Shown here: piece after piece, positions 50,180-62,511 of the stretch | Layout of the letters: each line of letters opens with the position of its first letter | Position numbering within the stretch: position 1 is the first letter of the stretch | Source of the DNA: Selaginella moellendorffii | Taxonomy: Eukaryota > Plantae > Lycopodiophyta | Assembly (NCBI RefSeq): GCF_000143415.4 | Contig: NW_003314269.1 | Coordinates: forward strand, 2,907,060 to 2,971,059 | Reading direction: 5' to 3' | Length of the DNA: 64,000 nt | Program-made: the position numbers and the translations under genes | Notes under the pieces: model-generated | What the model was told of the DNA's origin: nothing | The model's database searches: none | Seen by the model: only the letters and a program-made list of their open reading frames with translations

Positions 50180-51347
50180 CGCACACACTGTCTTTGAAGG
50201 TGGTCGTCAACTTCATCGAGCTTCTTATCGCCACGAAGAACTCAGTGATGATTTGGAGCTCGGAGATGACAATGGTGGCGAGCTTGTTTCGGCCGAGCGT
50301 TCGCAAAATCTAGACAACTGTGGCAAGGCCACGCGGAAAAATTCGAAACAGGCGAAGAAGGTGACCGAGCCAGCTCCACCAAACTATTCCAAAGTAAGTC
50401 ACTATTTCTTACTTTTTCGATTCCATTCTTCCTCCTCCTTCTTTTGTTCGTCCTTTAAAGTGACAGATGATCTACTTACTGTTACTGTAGGGAGAAAATC
50501 TCAAAGGAAATGAGAGGAAGCTCTTCCAGGAGTGCGACCGCCGAACTATCGAGAAAAGAAGTTGTGTAAGTTCATCCAGGACGACCGTGAAGGCAACGCG
50601 ACTGACTGGGTGTGGATCATGCAGGAGAAATGGATGCCTTTACACACGCTGGCCTCGCCACAGCAGCCATTTCTTGTTGCGGAGCTGATGCAACAGGATG
50701 ATCACGAAGACAATGTGAACGAGGTACTTGAGAGTGCGAGAAGAAAAAGAGAGAAAAAGGGATAGGAAGTCTTTGTGCTGTGTCCCACTCAAGGGAGTGA
50801 CGTGCAGGAAGGAGTTACGGTTTTGCGTAAAGCTGTTCAAGCTGGCAGACTTCACATCGTCAAACATTTAATCCATGGTGGAGCCAACGTTTTCTACCGG
50901 GACAAGGTCTGGGCTTTTGTCTCTTCCTTTTCTCTGGGGGGCCACTGTCGTGTCTAAATATCTTGCTATTCCTTGCAGGATGGCTCAACGCTCTTACACC
51001 ATGCAGTCGCCAGTGGGAGTCCCAGTGTCGTGAGACTGCTGCTAAAATATGGAGTGCATGTAAACTCTGTTGACAAGGTCCGATCTGGTGGTTTTCTTTT
51101 TTCCGGATGTGATGTTCTTCAATTCGTGGATTGTAGGCCGGCTGGACACCGCTCCATGTCGCGGTTTGCTGCCAACAGAGAGATATACTTCGCGTCTTGC
51201 TCAATCGTGGAGCCGACTGGACAATTGCTAACGAGGTGGGCTCTCTTCCATCTCCCGCTCTTTAATATTCTTTTCTTTCAGGATGGAGATACACCACTTG
51301 ATTTATCCGGTAATGGCACTTCTGGACTTGATGGAAAATCGGGATAG
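49659..51347 (+). CDS. Chloroplast ankyrin-repeat protein, AKRP/EMB506-like (3' end uncertain)
   Basis: Acidic N-terminal region, KWMPLHTLA, GSTLLHHAV, AGWTPLHVAV, DGDTPLDL across GT-AG exons. Confidence 0.75.
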
Positions 51348-51732
51348 GTACCAAAAGGCTTTTAAGTTGTCTTCTCAAACGCCCTTTTGGCAGGACATTA
51401 CGCATGCCGATTGAGGTGGTGTCCAGGCATGAAGGTCTCAAAGCTGCTAGTCGTATGCCAAGCAACAATGCATGCTCGCGAACAGGACCTCAGGTCAACC
51501 TGGGAAACACCACCTCAAACGCTCGCGTTTGATCCGCCAGTGGAAGCAACAGGATCGTTCCTCTTCATGGATGAAGGGATGGCTCGTCGATGACGGAGCT
51601 CCCTCTAATTGGCTTGATCTCGTCCAATCACGTACGAAGCCATGCACAAAGGTAACTGTGAATATCCATATCGTGCTATATAATAGGACCTTAGGTTTTG
51701 TCATAGTTTTACCCTTTGGTTTTAAATTGACA

Positions 51733-52278
51733 ATGAGCATCAAGAACCAACACACCGTGGGTGGAACAACGAGGGCAAAACGGACCCCCAGAAAGAGGAC
51801 CAAAACAAAAGGTGGCGAGACAGATGGGGGCAACGCACTAGCTACCCAGTCACTGCCGGTCAACCATGAGCTCCACTGCCTGATCATGTCTCTCATGGAG
51901 GACGAGTCCCTGGAAGTAGACGAGGCAGAGTGGCCAGAATGGTGCAGGGACATTCTCCAAGGGGTGCGGGATTGTGGGGTGGAGATGATCCAAGGACGCC
52001 AGGACGAGGAGTTTGGACGGAAATTTCTCAAGGATTTCAAGGTGGAGGATATAGATGAGAGAGATCTGGTGTTGGGCTTTGAGCAGTTCGGGAATCCACA
52101 GCTTAAAGAGAAGAGGAACGATGGTGCTGTGGAAATGGAAATCAAAACTCTGGAGCTGGATTCACAGCAAGAGCAATTTGCAGTAAGAAAAGAGCAAGAG
52201 ATGATGATGTGGAAAAATGAAATGAACAAGACTTGTTACAGAGACAACCTTGCCTTTACCAAAAGGCATGGTGGCTGA
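51733..52278 (+). CDS. Orphan 181-aa ORF (basic N-terminus, acidic core)
   Basis: Open frame from ATG 51733 with a TATATAA ~55 bp upstream. No motif recognised. Confidence 0.3.
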   Translation: MSIKNQHTVGGTTRAKRTPRKRTKTKGGETDGGNALATQSLPVNHELHCLIMSLMEDESLEVDEAEWPEWCRDILQGVRDCGVEMIQGRQDEEFGRKFLKDFKVEDIDERDLVLGFEQFGNPQLKEKRNDGAVEMEIKTLELDSQQEQFAVRKEQEMMMWKNEMNKTCYRDNLAFTKRHGG

Positions 52279-52509
52279 TAATTAATCAAATTTTTCTGTT
52301 TATCCGAAAACAAATCTCAGATTATTTCTTTACCATTTGAAAAATAAGCTTTAACCATCAATTAGAATATTTACCATGGCATAGTTTAGGGATTTACATA
52401 AACCATGCAAAACGGATTATATGTACACCAGACCCTGTGTTGCAAGCCTCGAGAAATGGGCTCAGACTTTTCCTTTTACCTTGCTGGATCCAATTTAAAA
52501 GCGAGCCAT

Positions 52510-53469
52510 TTAGACTCCAACGGGAGGACAAAGATAATTTAGCTGCAGCACAAAAGTTTTCAACTTTGAGCTTGTGACGAGTTCTTTGAACCTCTTACGT
52601 GATCAGTCATATCGTTGGTGGATAAGTTGACAGTCAAGTTCCTCATGAGAAGTAAGACCTGTTTTTTTGTGTTTTTTTCACTTGCCTGGTCTTTTTTGGA
52701 TGGACTTTGAGATGCTTACCGTCTCGCGATCGATCGGAGTCATTCCACCTAAAGCGTTGAGATGGCCAGACGCATTTGGATCAAAGACGTTCCCAAGGAA
52801 TTGATAGACTGCTGCGAAATTTGGTGCCGGTGTCGCTGGAAAGAACAAGGAAAAGCTAAGAAGGAAAAGAAAAATCTCTTTGCTAAACCATATGGATAAA
52901 TTGTCTTGTCTTACCAGGAGAAGCATCATCACTACCGCTGCTGCTGGGACTTTCCGGAGATCTTTCGACCACCGCAACAGTCGAAGGTACTGCAAAACGG
53001 AAGAGATTAGAATCGCTAAGGGTTTCCTTTCTTTGAACGATTATACCGGCTTTCGGAGCTTTTTGAGGATATGGTAGTGCGGCTTTCCTCTTTGGCCTTG
53101 GAGGCGGTACGTGTTCTCCAGTGCCGTTTCTCTGTACCTTCAAGAAATACTTCTGCGCGTGGCTGCGAATCTAGCAACGAAAAGAAGGATCAGAGAAAGA
53201 AAAAACAAAGAGAGCTCTCACCTGTATCACGGTTTTAGAGCCCACGAAGGCCTCAATCTTCTTCCAATCTCGATCGAAGCTACGCGGAGAAGTAAAACAT
53301 CGAGAACTGTGCTGAGAAAAAGAAGAACTCACAGATGAAGCGCCTCGAGGAATTTGTCGTGCTCTTCATCCGCCCAGTTCTCGCGCGACTTGGTGATGGT
53401 GTAGGGCTTGCGGATCTTCCTGGCGGCATCGCTCTCCTGCATTTGGCGCTGCTGCTGCGCGATCGCCAT
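52510..53469 (-). CDS. RVE: REVEILLE (RVE4/6/8, LCL-type) SHAQKYF single-MYB clock factor
   Basis: [73 protein letters not shown] and LCL domain [30 protein letters not shown]. Confidence 0.93.
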
Positions 53470-53510
53470 GCCGTCCTCAAGAACCCTAAACCTGAGCCAC
53501 AAGGACACCG

Positions 53511-53535
53511 ACGTGGAGATATTTTGGAAATATCT
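53511..53535. promoter_or_regulatory. Inverted pair of evening elements plus adjacent ACGTGG (G-box/ABRE-like)
   Basis: ACGTGG-AGATATTTT-GG-AAATATCT. 53517-53525 is the reverse complement of AAAATATCT; 53528-53535 is the AAATATCT core. Confidence 0.7.
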
Positions 53536-53701
53536 TGTCAATCCATGGCACACTTTTCGAGCGATGCGGATTGCATTTTATGAAATTTAAGTTTTTTTGC
53601 TACGCCCTAACTCGATCAGCTGAATCGAATTTAACTACCCGGATTTGCCCTAATCTTTGGCTATGGCGGATAGGGTTTATCGCGGCTAAGGAAAGCGAGG
53701 G

Positions 53702-56017
53702 ATGGAGGGCGCGCGCTACGCGCACAAGCGATCGCATTCCCAGTTTGAGGAGGATTCCGTCGATCGCAGCGTCCGGCAGAGGCGGCGAGGAGGTTTCGAG
53801 CGGACTCCCGAGGCTGCCGCTCCTCCCGTCGACGATGTGGTGTACAGGATTCTCTGCCCCGGGGCCAAGATCGGCAGCGTCATTGGCAAGGGCGGCAGCA
53901 TCATCAAATCGCTGAGGAACGAGACGGGCGCCAAGATTAAGGTCGCGGATGGGATTCCAGGGTCGGATGAGAGGGTGATTTTCATCTCCGCGTCGCCAAG
54001 GGAGAGGCGGGAAGGTAAGCCTCGGGGTGGGAGCAAGGAAATGGACAAGGACAAGGAGCAAAATGGCGAGGAGAGCACACCTCTTCCAGCGTCACAGGAG
54101 GCGCTGTTCAAGGTTTTTGCTAGGATTGTAGAGGGCGAGGAGTTTGATGAGGACGAGGATTCTTCCAGGAATGTCACTGCGCGGCTGCTGGTGCCGAGCA
54201 ACCAGATTGGCTGCTTGCTCGGCAAAGCCGGGAAGATCATCGAGCAAATGAGGGTGGAATCCGGGGCACAAATTCGTGTTCTTCCCAGGGAGCAGCTTCC
54301 AAAGTGTGCATATCACACTGACGAGCTCGTCCAGGTAAGAACGATCTTATCTTTCTCTTGGTTTGTCTCGTTCCTCGGTTCTCACATTGGTTTTTTTTTT
54401 TTTCCATGTTTTAGTTGACTGGAGAGTTGGCTCTCGTGAAGAAAGCTCTCACGACGATCTCGACTCGGCTCTATGACAATCCTCCCAGAGACAAGCCTCC
54501 TCAAGCAGGGCATTTAGGACCTTTTCAAGAGTCTACTATTCTACCGGGTACGTTACTTCCTCCGGGAGCGTTTTTCCCCCAGGGGAATGCTTCCATTGCT
54601 CCGGGTCAGCTAGGGGGGCACTTGGTCGGTATCGCTCCTCACCTAGGTGGTCTTGGCGGCTCGACTTGGTCTTACGGAGCCTCAGCGTTTCCTTTGGCAC
54701 ACGGACTCCCTGGTGGTGGTCGGGTAAAAGACGAGACAGTCGAGGGAGAATTTGCCGTAAGGTTGCTATGTCCGAATGAGAAGATTGGCAGCGTGATCGG
54801 CAAGGGTGGTATGATCATCAGATCGATCCGGGAGGAAACTTGTGCTCGGATCAAGATTGCGGACGCGGTGGCCAATGCAGAGGAACGAGTCATACACATT
54901 ACTTCTAATGAGGTAACTCTTTTACGTTCTTTTTCTATCCGCAACTTGTATTTTTCCAGGTACTTCATGAGCAGGTATCTCCAGCTCTGGAAGCTGTACT
55001 ACAACTCCAAAGCCGGATTTCTGATCCAAGTGCCGAGAAGGATGGAGCTATGACAACCCGGTTCTTGGTTCCATCCGCAAATATTGGCTGTTTACTTGGG
55101 AAGAAAGGTAGTATTATTGCTGACATGAGAAGGAACACTCGGGCGAATATTAGAGTTTTGTCCAAAGAAGCTTTACCCAAGTGTGCTCATGAAGACGACG
55201 AACTTGTTCAGGTAACAACTACTGTGTGATCTTCCAAGAAAGTAGCTAACAAATCTACGTGCAGGTTGTAGGGGATATTACTGTGGCCAGGGATGCTGTT
55301 ATTGAAATCATAACCAGGTTAAGAGCAAACATATTTTCAGAGCACATGAAAAATGTCTCGAGTAATCCGGGTCTTGGGGTCCAAGGGAGCGTGCCTGTCT
55401 CATCGACGTATGAACCAAGGCATGAACCATCTCCAGGAATGTTTTCTCTACCCGGTCTAGGTTCTCAGGGTCTACGTTCTTCCATACCCGCCACCCCAAG
55501 AAACTGGGGTCTACAGGTATCTCCAGTTTTTCACTGACTCTTCATTCCATCTTCATTTGACAGGGTGCTGCTGGTGGACTTGGCGCTCTCTCATATGTTG
55601 GATCAACACCAACAGCTGCCAGTTTTGGAACGTATGTTCTTCATTCTTAGTTGCTTCAAGTTTTTGACACTCCTTTTTTCGTTGGCAGTGGCAGAGCAGG
55701 ATCTGGACTGGTGGCAAGTGTTGCAGGTACTACGATCGAGATAACCATTCCAGGAACGGTAATTGGCTCTATTATCGGGAAAGGGGGGAGCAATATAGCT
55801 CAGATACGCCAGGTATTTCACAAGCTTTGCTCCGAGCAACTTATATGTTTCTTGTTTATAGATCTCCGGAGCTAAAGTGAAACTTCATGACCCCAAGCCC
55901 GGGTCCGACAAGCGCATAATCGAGATATCTGGCGCGCCCGATCAGGCGCAAGCTGCTCAAAGCCTGCTGGAAGCGTTTATGTTCACGGCACAGACCCAAG
56001 CAACTGGACTCTACTGA
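53702..56017 (+). CDS. Multi-KH-domain RNA-binding protein (HEN4/RCF3-like, 5 KH)
   Basis: Five GxxG KH loops: IGSVIGKGG, IGCLLGKAG, IGSVIGKGG, IGCLLGKKG, IGSIIGKGG. Confidence 0.93.
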
Positions 56018-57876
56018 GGTACTGTGGTCCTTTCCCTTCGCTGCTTGCATGCTACTTTGCATTCAGTCTTTAGGCGTTTTGGGCGAGAAACTTAGGCACT
56101 TAGCTTGCCTGTTTCACATCCTTACCCTTTGCCTTATACCATCTTCCACACAGCTGCGAGCTATACTACTATCACTACTGCTACTACTACTGCTACTACT
56201 ACTTGTGTTACTACTACTACTGCTACTTCAAGGAGCCACATTTCCCCATGCTGAAGCCTCTCAACCTTTAAAACACACTCAGGAAGAGCCGAGCTATTTG
56301 AGAAGCCTTTAATCGTCTATATCTCCTCCTCTTGCTTTTTTAATTCTTCTCCATCATCATACGGTGGAACTTTGAAGCCCGGATATCACTTCCTTGAAGC
56401 TCTGAGAAGCTTGTTTTCTTGTGACAAAAGGCCACCTACAACCACAACGACCCGACCGAGGCCACCTTGTAATACGAACTGTGTCGTGCATTGGTTTTTT
56501 CATTTTCTTTCATTTCTAACGTTTTAGTGGACTTGAGTTTTGTGAAACAACAATCTAAGCAAAAAGAAAGAGGAGATAGGAGAATCTTAATTTATCAAAA
56601 TTATTTTTTTATTGAATTTATATTTACTCTTATTATTTATATTTGGTTAGTAATAGAATTAATAAATAATTACATTTAGTGTTAATATTTACTAATGCAT
56701 ACTCATCCAATTCAATAAATAAATATGTTGACTTTTCTTTTAAATTGTGGAGAGCAGTTTTTTCATTTATTTTCTAACTATAATTAAATATGAAAAAGAG
56801 TATGGATAAATGTTGTTCAAGTTTGAAAAAAAATTTAGAATAAAAAATGAAATAATAAAATAACTATTTTAAAGTTAGAAATATACTTATGTTTAGCTAA
56901 GCAAGTAAGTTGAAGTAAACATAAAAACTCTTTTGTTGCTAAATCTTCGTGTTCATTTTCTTTACCAACAATATATGTTCAAATTTTGTAAAAATATTTA
57001 TACAATTTACATATATGAGGTCCAATATATTCTCTTAACTCAATAATTGACTTTTACAATTGTAATTAAAAGGAGTAAAATACTCAACTTAATAAAATAA
57101 TATTAAATTATTCATTAAACCAATCTAAAAATTTTGTTTAAATTTTTCAATTTTTTTTCTGGATGTATTTAAATTAACAATTGCTACACAATACTATAAT
57201 GGATGTTATTGATTATAAGTTTTTGTAAAACAAAAAATATGTGTTAAGAAACTATATAGAAATTGTTAAATATTTCTATTCAGATTTATTTAAAACTTGA
57301 GTTTGTTAAAAAAAATTATCTATGCAAATGTAACATTCTTATTGGAATAATATTCTTCGTTAAAAATAAGTTTGAGATATAGGTGGGCCAGATCTACGTA
57401 CGGATAGTATCCGATTTCTCACTCGCTTTCTCCTCTCTGTTAGGTAAGAGCTGCGCCGGATCGTAATGGACATTAATCGCGCGAGCGCTTGGAAATTTAT
57501 GGCCGCTCATGATTCAGGCATCCATTTCTTTCTCCGATCATGAATCTTTGATGAGCGGCGTTCCATCCGTTCTCTTCTCTGGCTTCACAGGTTCGTAGCG
57601 AATCGGGGTTTTCTCGCTCCAGGATTTGACGGAGTCTTCGTCGATCGGTCCGGCTGCAAGGCAGAAGAAATATTTGTTTGGCCGCTGCGTATGTAAGTCT
57701 GTCGCTTGCCTGCACATTCTTTGTTTGTTCTTGGCATTTTCTTTGATGCGTCATTGTCCTTGCCATCCTTTACGCGCTGAAAACTAGCCGATCGAGCACC
57801 GCCCTCTCCTGTGTCACCTACTTTCTCTACCAACACCTATGAAGTTAGATGATGCAGCAATTTGCACAACATTGCT

Positions 57877-58130
57877 CTAAGGATATGGCAACGTAGGCGA
57901 GGAAGCGACGGAGCTTCTGGCTGGAGCCTCATGAGGGAGAAACAGCATGTTGTTCATCAGATCTTGAGCTCTCCCAAACTGTCCTGAGCGACTGAGATCA
58001 ATCCATGGTCGATGGTAATCGACGTGAAGCACACACAGGTGGCTTTTCTCCAAGCAGCCAATGTGACTAGATGTGCTAAACACCGCAGGCAAGAACATCA
58101 ATGTTAAAGGCCAGGCATCTCACGGAAAAC
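57877..58130 (-). pseudogene. Degenerate PLS-PPR C-terminal fragment (L2/S2 region)
   Basis: DYH..IDLSRSGQFGRAQDLMNNMLFLP resembles the S2 motif (HY..MIDLL.RSG....A.DL...MPF.P). Confidence 0.55.
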
Positions 58131-58269
58131 TCTGCTCCTGGGTGTAAGCTTTGATCATGAGGATTCAGGCTCCAGGGCCACTTTCTCACGAATCTTTCGC
58201 GCGTTTTTTAACGGACATGAAAGCTTTCCACGAAGCTCTTTGGGCTTGATCCATATTGTCCACTATTCT

Positions 58270-59880
58270 CCAGGCCATGGCATGCTTTCTTGAAGTAAAC
58301 ACACGAAAGGAGTGCTGCCACGAGAACTTCGACGGAAACATTCCCGATCTGGACGAGCTTCACATTTTGCAAGCAGCGAAGATTTCCCAGCATCACGAGT
58401 CCAGCGTTGGAGATCCGGCAATACGATAGATTTAGCTGGTAAGAGAAGAAAAACGACCGTAAGCTTTTGAGAAGAAAGAAGTTTTTTCTCCAGGCCAACT
58501 CCTTTGCAACCCCGGATCTCGAGCTGCTGGAGATAGCTGAGCTGCGAATTGAAGACGATGGAAGCGTCCGTGATGTTTGGACAGTACGAGAGGATTAGAA
58601 TTCTCAACTTGCGACAGCCAGCGGCTATGGACGCAACTCCCGCATCACCAACATTCCCCGACCTGTACGTTGCTAAACAAAAAAGTGAGACTTTTATGCT
58701 GGCACTTCGGAAAGTCCACAAAACTGACCTGTATAAATCGAGCTTGATCAAGTTGTCTTCCAACATGGTCGGTGCCATTGTCGCTGACCTTGCAAAACCC
58801 GAGCTTGAGAGTCTTCAAAAACCTACATTTCGCAATACATTCCAGTCCTGCATAGAAAACCACCTCTTTACTGTCAGCTTTGAGCTACACTCTCATACCT
58901 GCGTCATCGATGTTGCAATCGGTCACGTCCAGTTCTTCCAAGCAGCTACAACGATCTATCAACAGTGGAATCAACAAGCTTCGATCTTTAAGCTGACAAG
59001 GCCCGCGCTCGACCTTGCGATGTTGCAAGCAGTGATCTCCGTGAGGTGGTGGCAGCAAGTAAGATCAAGCTTCCAGGGGTTTTTGCAGCCATGTAAAATG
59101 GAAGCCATGCCAGAATCCGTCTCTACACTTGCTCAAACTTAAGTCGCTTAGCTGAAGACAGCAAGAGCCCACGAAGCGAAGCCCATCGCCGGCGATTTCG
59201 CAGCCAGCCAGCTTAAGTGTTTGGATCTGCGTGAGCTTTCCAACTGCTTCCAACAGCTGGCCAGTGATCTGCGATCGTTTTTCTCACGAGTATAAGAACC
59301 AGACTAATTGATACTCCACAAGGAACTTACAGACGAAAGCTTTAGAAATTGCAAGCTTCACTTCGAGAGAAACGAGATTCCCACATTGGTCAAGACAGAT
59401 CCAGTTCCTGAGAAGAACGAAGACTAGAACGACCGTATTTTAGAATCGTTGTCGTACATACCAGCAATGATGTACTTGTACGAGAATCCCGCGTCTCCAA
59501 CGTTGGAGCACGCAGCCAGATTCAACACTCTGAGAGACGGCAAGTTTGATGACGCCGTCATCCGTGATCTGGGAAACAGTAAGCAAAAACAAAAACAGAT
59601 TTTTTTATCAAACTTGAAAGACACAAGGACCAAAAAGAGAAGTTTCTGGTTAGATCAACCACGGTCTATGCTAAATGAACCAAAGATGGCAACACAGGAA
59701 AAAGAAATGAAAAGCAAAGAGAGACCTTTCGATAGAAACCTCTGTGTATGAGGCGTCCATGGTGGTGGGCTCTTTAGTGTTGGAAGCAAGGAAGCAAAGC
59801 CCCGCATCCGAAATACCAACACAGCCGTTGAGGACGACGACTTGGAGCTTCTTGCAACCGGCTACCAGGCATCCCTCCAG
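58270..59880 (-). pseudogene. F-box/LRR (FBL3-like) gene relic, intron-containing, no F-box, frameshifted
   Basis: Cys-containing LRRs (GCKKLQVVVLNGCVGISDAGL, LSDLSLSKC, GCRKLRILILSYCPNITDAS) distributed over several frames with stops. Confidence 0.75.
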
Positions 59881-61949
59881 CGTCAAACGTGGCCGACCGG
59901 CGGATTGGGTGCATCCCACAGCCAAGGCTCTCGTACATGGTGCTTCGTCAACTTGACTCTTGCTTGCATTAAAACAGTTGAAAATTTGTAGAGGCTGTTT
60001 TCACTCTTATTCAACGTAGTACTAATTCACCTTTACAAATAGCGACTTTAGCCTAGGACTTTTGGATTTGATCTGAGTGACAAAACATGGCCACCCCAAT
60101 TGATGCACAGGGAAGAAGGCTGACAAGGACAGCCATAAAGGATGAGGCAGATGACATAGAGGCTGGCGAGATTGTTTGGAAAGTGGGGATTGAGAATTTT
60201 TGCAGTTTCTTGCAGATAGTTTAAGAGTATAAAATTTTAAAATATGCCTGGATATTATAGGTATATACTTTACATCCACTCCAAAAGGAACTAAGTTATA
60301 TTTAATAAAATAACTATCATAATTTAGATAAATTTTGGTGATATATATATATATATCTGTCTGTCTGTCTGTCTGTGTGATATATGGAGTAAAAGTTCTT
60401 TATAATCTTAAACCTAGTGTTAGTATAAATGTTATATATTTTACTAAGCAGCATGTAAAATTTATATAACTAAACATAAATTAAACGTTTCTGTAAACAA
60501 ATATTTTTAAAATTGTCTCCTTATTAAAATAAATGGACGAAATTTAACTTATGCATTAATATTAATTCCCGTATTTAGTGTTTTATACCTTTATCTTGCT
60601 ATATAATAATTTCTTAAATATTAGCAAGAAAATTCTAATCATGTACTCATTTATCTTTTCATAAACTTATACATAAATCCAAGAACCACCAGAGTATATT
60701 TTTTATTGAGGTTAATAAATCTTTGATTAATTTTGGTCAAAATAATTTATTTTCACCTTACATTTTTTATCTATTTTGTGTGGCAAAAATTTACCCATTA
60801 AAACTTTATAATGAAAAAAAGAAATATAATTAAAATACCCAAAGAACCACCTCCATGCTTTCACAACATACAGTTATTTTGAAGATCTTGCATTTTCTAT
60901 ACAAATTCACTATTATACACTTTAGTTTTAGTGGAATTACCATAACTGTAATATATGCTATTATAGGATGAGATTTAAATATACTATTATAATAGATTCA
61001 TAGAACCTTGGGGGATGTATGGGGATAAATAGTCATTAAAAGATTTTTTAATAAGAATGTTTTTTAATTGGCTCCAAGAGGGAAAAATAGGGTGCATTAC
61101 ATTTAATATCAGAAAAAATGACATAATTTCTATTCTTATTTAATTAAACAAGATTATTTTTATTCCTAAAAACTGAAATTATATATTTTAGCAATGAATA
61201 CATAGTATTTTTGTATAAAAAGTTATTTGTTGTATCATATACATGCTTTAATGATATTTAGTTTTTGTAATAACAGGCTTGAAAGCTTATTTTCTAAGCT
61301 ATATGTAATGTTTAAATAAAGAATAAAATCCTTCACATAATTTTAAAGTATAAATGTTCCTAGTAAATTTTATCATTGTCACTGAAGTTCAAGTTCATAA
61401 TAATTTTCTGTATGTTGCATGAAACAATGCTTGGTTTACTTAATAGCCTTTTATTAATCCAATTAATCAAAGAGAAGTTTCTAATTATAAGTATGTTTAT
61501 AATTTATTAATTTTTCAACCATTAGATGGTAGAATAAACTAGAATATACTAGAACATGTTTATAAAAGTTTATAAATTACAAATATGTTTATAATTTTAA
61601 ATATAATCTAAATGAATAACAACCGTTAGATGGTACATTATCTTAGAATATTTAAATATATCCACTTAAAGTTTTATCTTGGTGAATTGTGTCTTAAGAA
61701 AACCAAAAGTAATACTAATTTAAAGAACTGTCATTTTATTTTGAAATATTTTTCTCAAACCAAAACAATAACTGAACACGGGAGCTTTATCGGTAGACGC
61801 AAGAGGTGCTGTGCCAAAACTGGGTAATGCGGAAAAAAATCGGAAGTAGATCTTGCTACTCTGTGATAAAACCACAAAAATCACAAATCAACACAGCTAT
61901 CGCAAAGTACCTTTTTTATTGCATCTTTCTTTTTAGGGTTGTGTTTGGC

Positions 61950-62421
61950 ATGAGCAGCCTAAACGAAGTCCAGTCGTGGGTCGCGTCTTTGGACGCGACA
62001 TTGTTGCCGTGCCTCCCTGCTCGAGAGCTCCAGGCAGCCGATCGTTCCACTCATCCCTCCCACCACGGTAACATAACATCTTTCTCTTCGGTGTCAAAGG
62101 ATTTTGGTTTTTCGCTTCTAGTGGATGTGGAGCGCCACGCCCGGGAGTTCATGGAAGCGGCGAAGCAGCTGCAAGTATTTTTCATTCGGGTACAGCATGA
62201 ACACCAGCCTCCCAAAGAGGAGCTCTTGAAAAAGGTTCGTCTTTTACTCCATGTGATTTTTCTTGTCTTAGAACTTTAGTCTCCAGGAAATTGCTGGGCT
62301 CGAAAGCGAGCTCAGGGCGAAAGACGAGCTGATTAAACGGCAGAAGAGGCTGCTCCAGGGATGGCGTGACATTCTCAAAGCGCAAAAGCTCAAGCACATT
62401 CATGAGCTCGAGAGAGTCTAA
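61950..62421 (+). CDS. MED28: Mediator subunit 28 (3 exons)
   Basis: LLPCLPARELQAADRSTHPSHHVDVERHAREFMEAAKQLQVFFI..EIAGLESELRAKDELI..HELERV. Confidence 0.92.
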
Positions 62422-62442
62422 AGCAATTTGTAAGTTACTTGG

Positions 62443-62511
62443 TAACGAGTTTGATCTTGGAGCATAGCGTCTATACTTGCTAACGAGTTTGATCTTGGGG
62501 CTTAGCGTCTA
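62443..62511. repeat. 38-bp-period direct repeat between the MED28 and ZNF830-like stop codons
   Basis: taacgagtttgatcttggagcatagcgtcta / taacgagtttgatcttggggcttagcgtcta. Confidence 0.85.

Noticed and set aside
56160-56230. Poly-Leu ORF 56049-56312
   Set aside because: It comes from a (CTA/CTG)n microsatellite in the KH gene 3' region.
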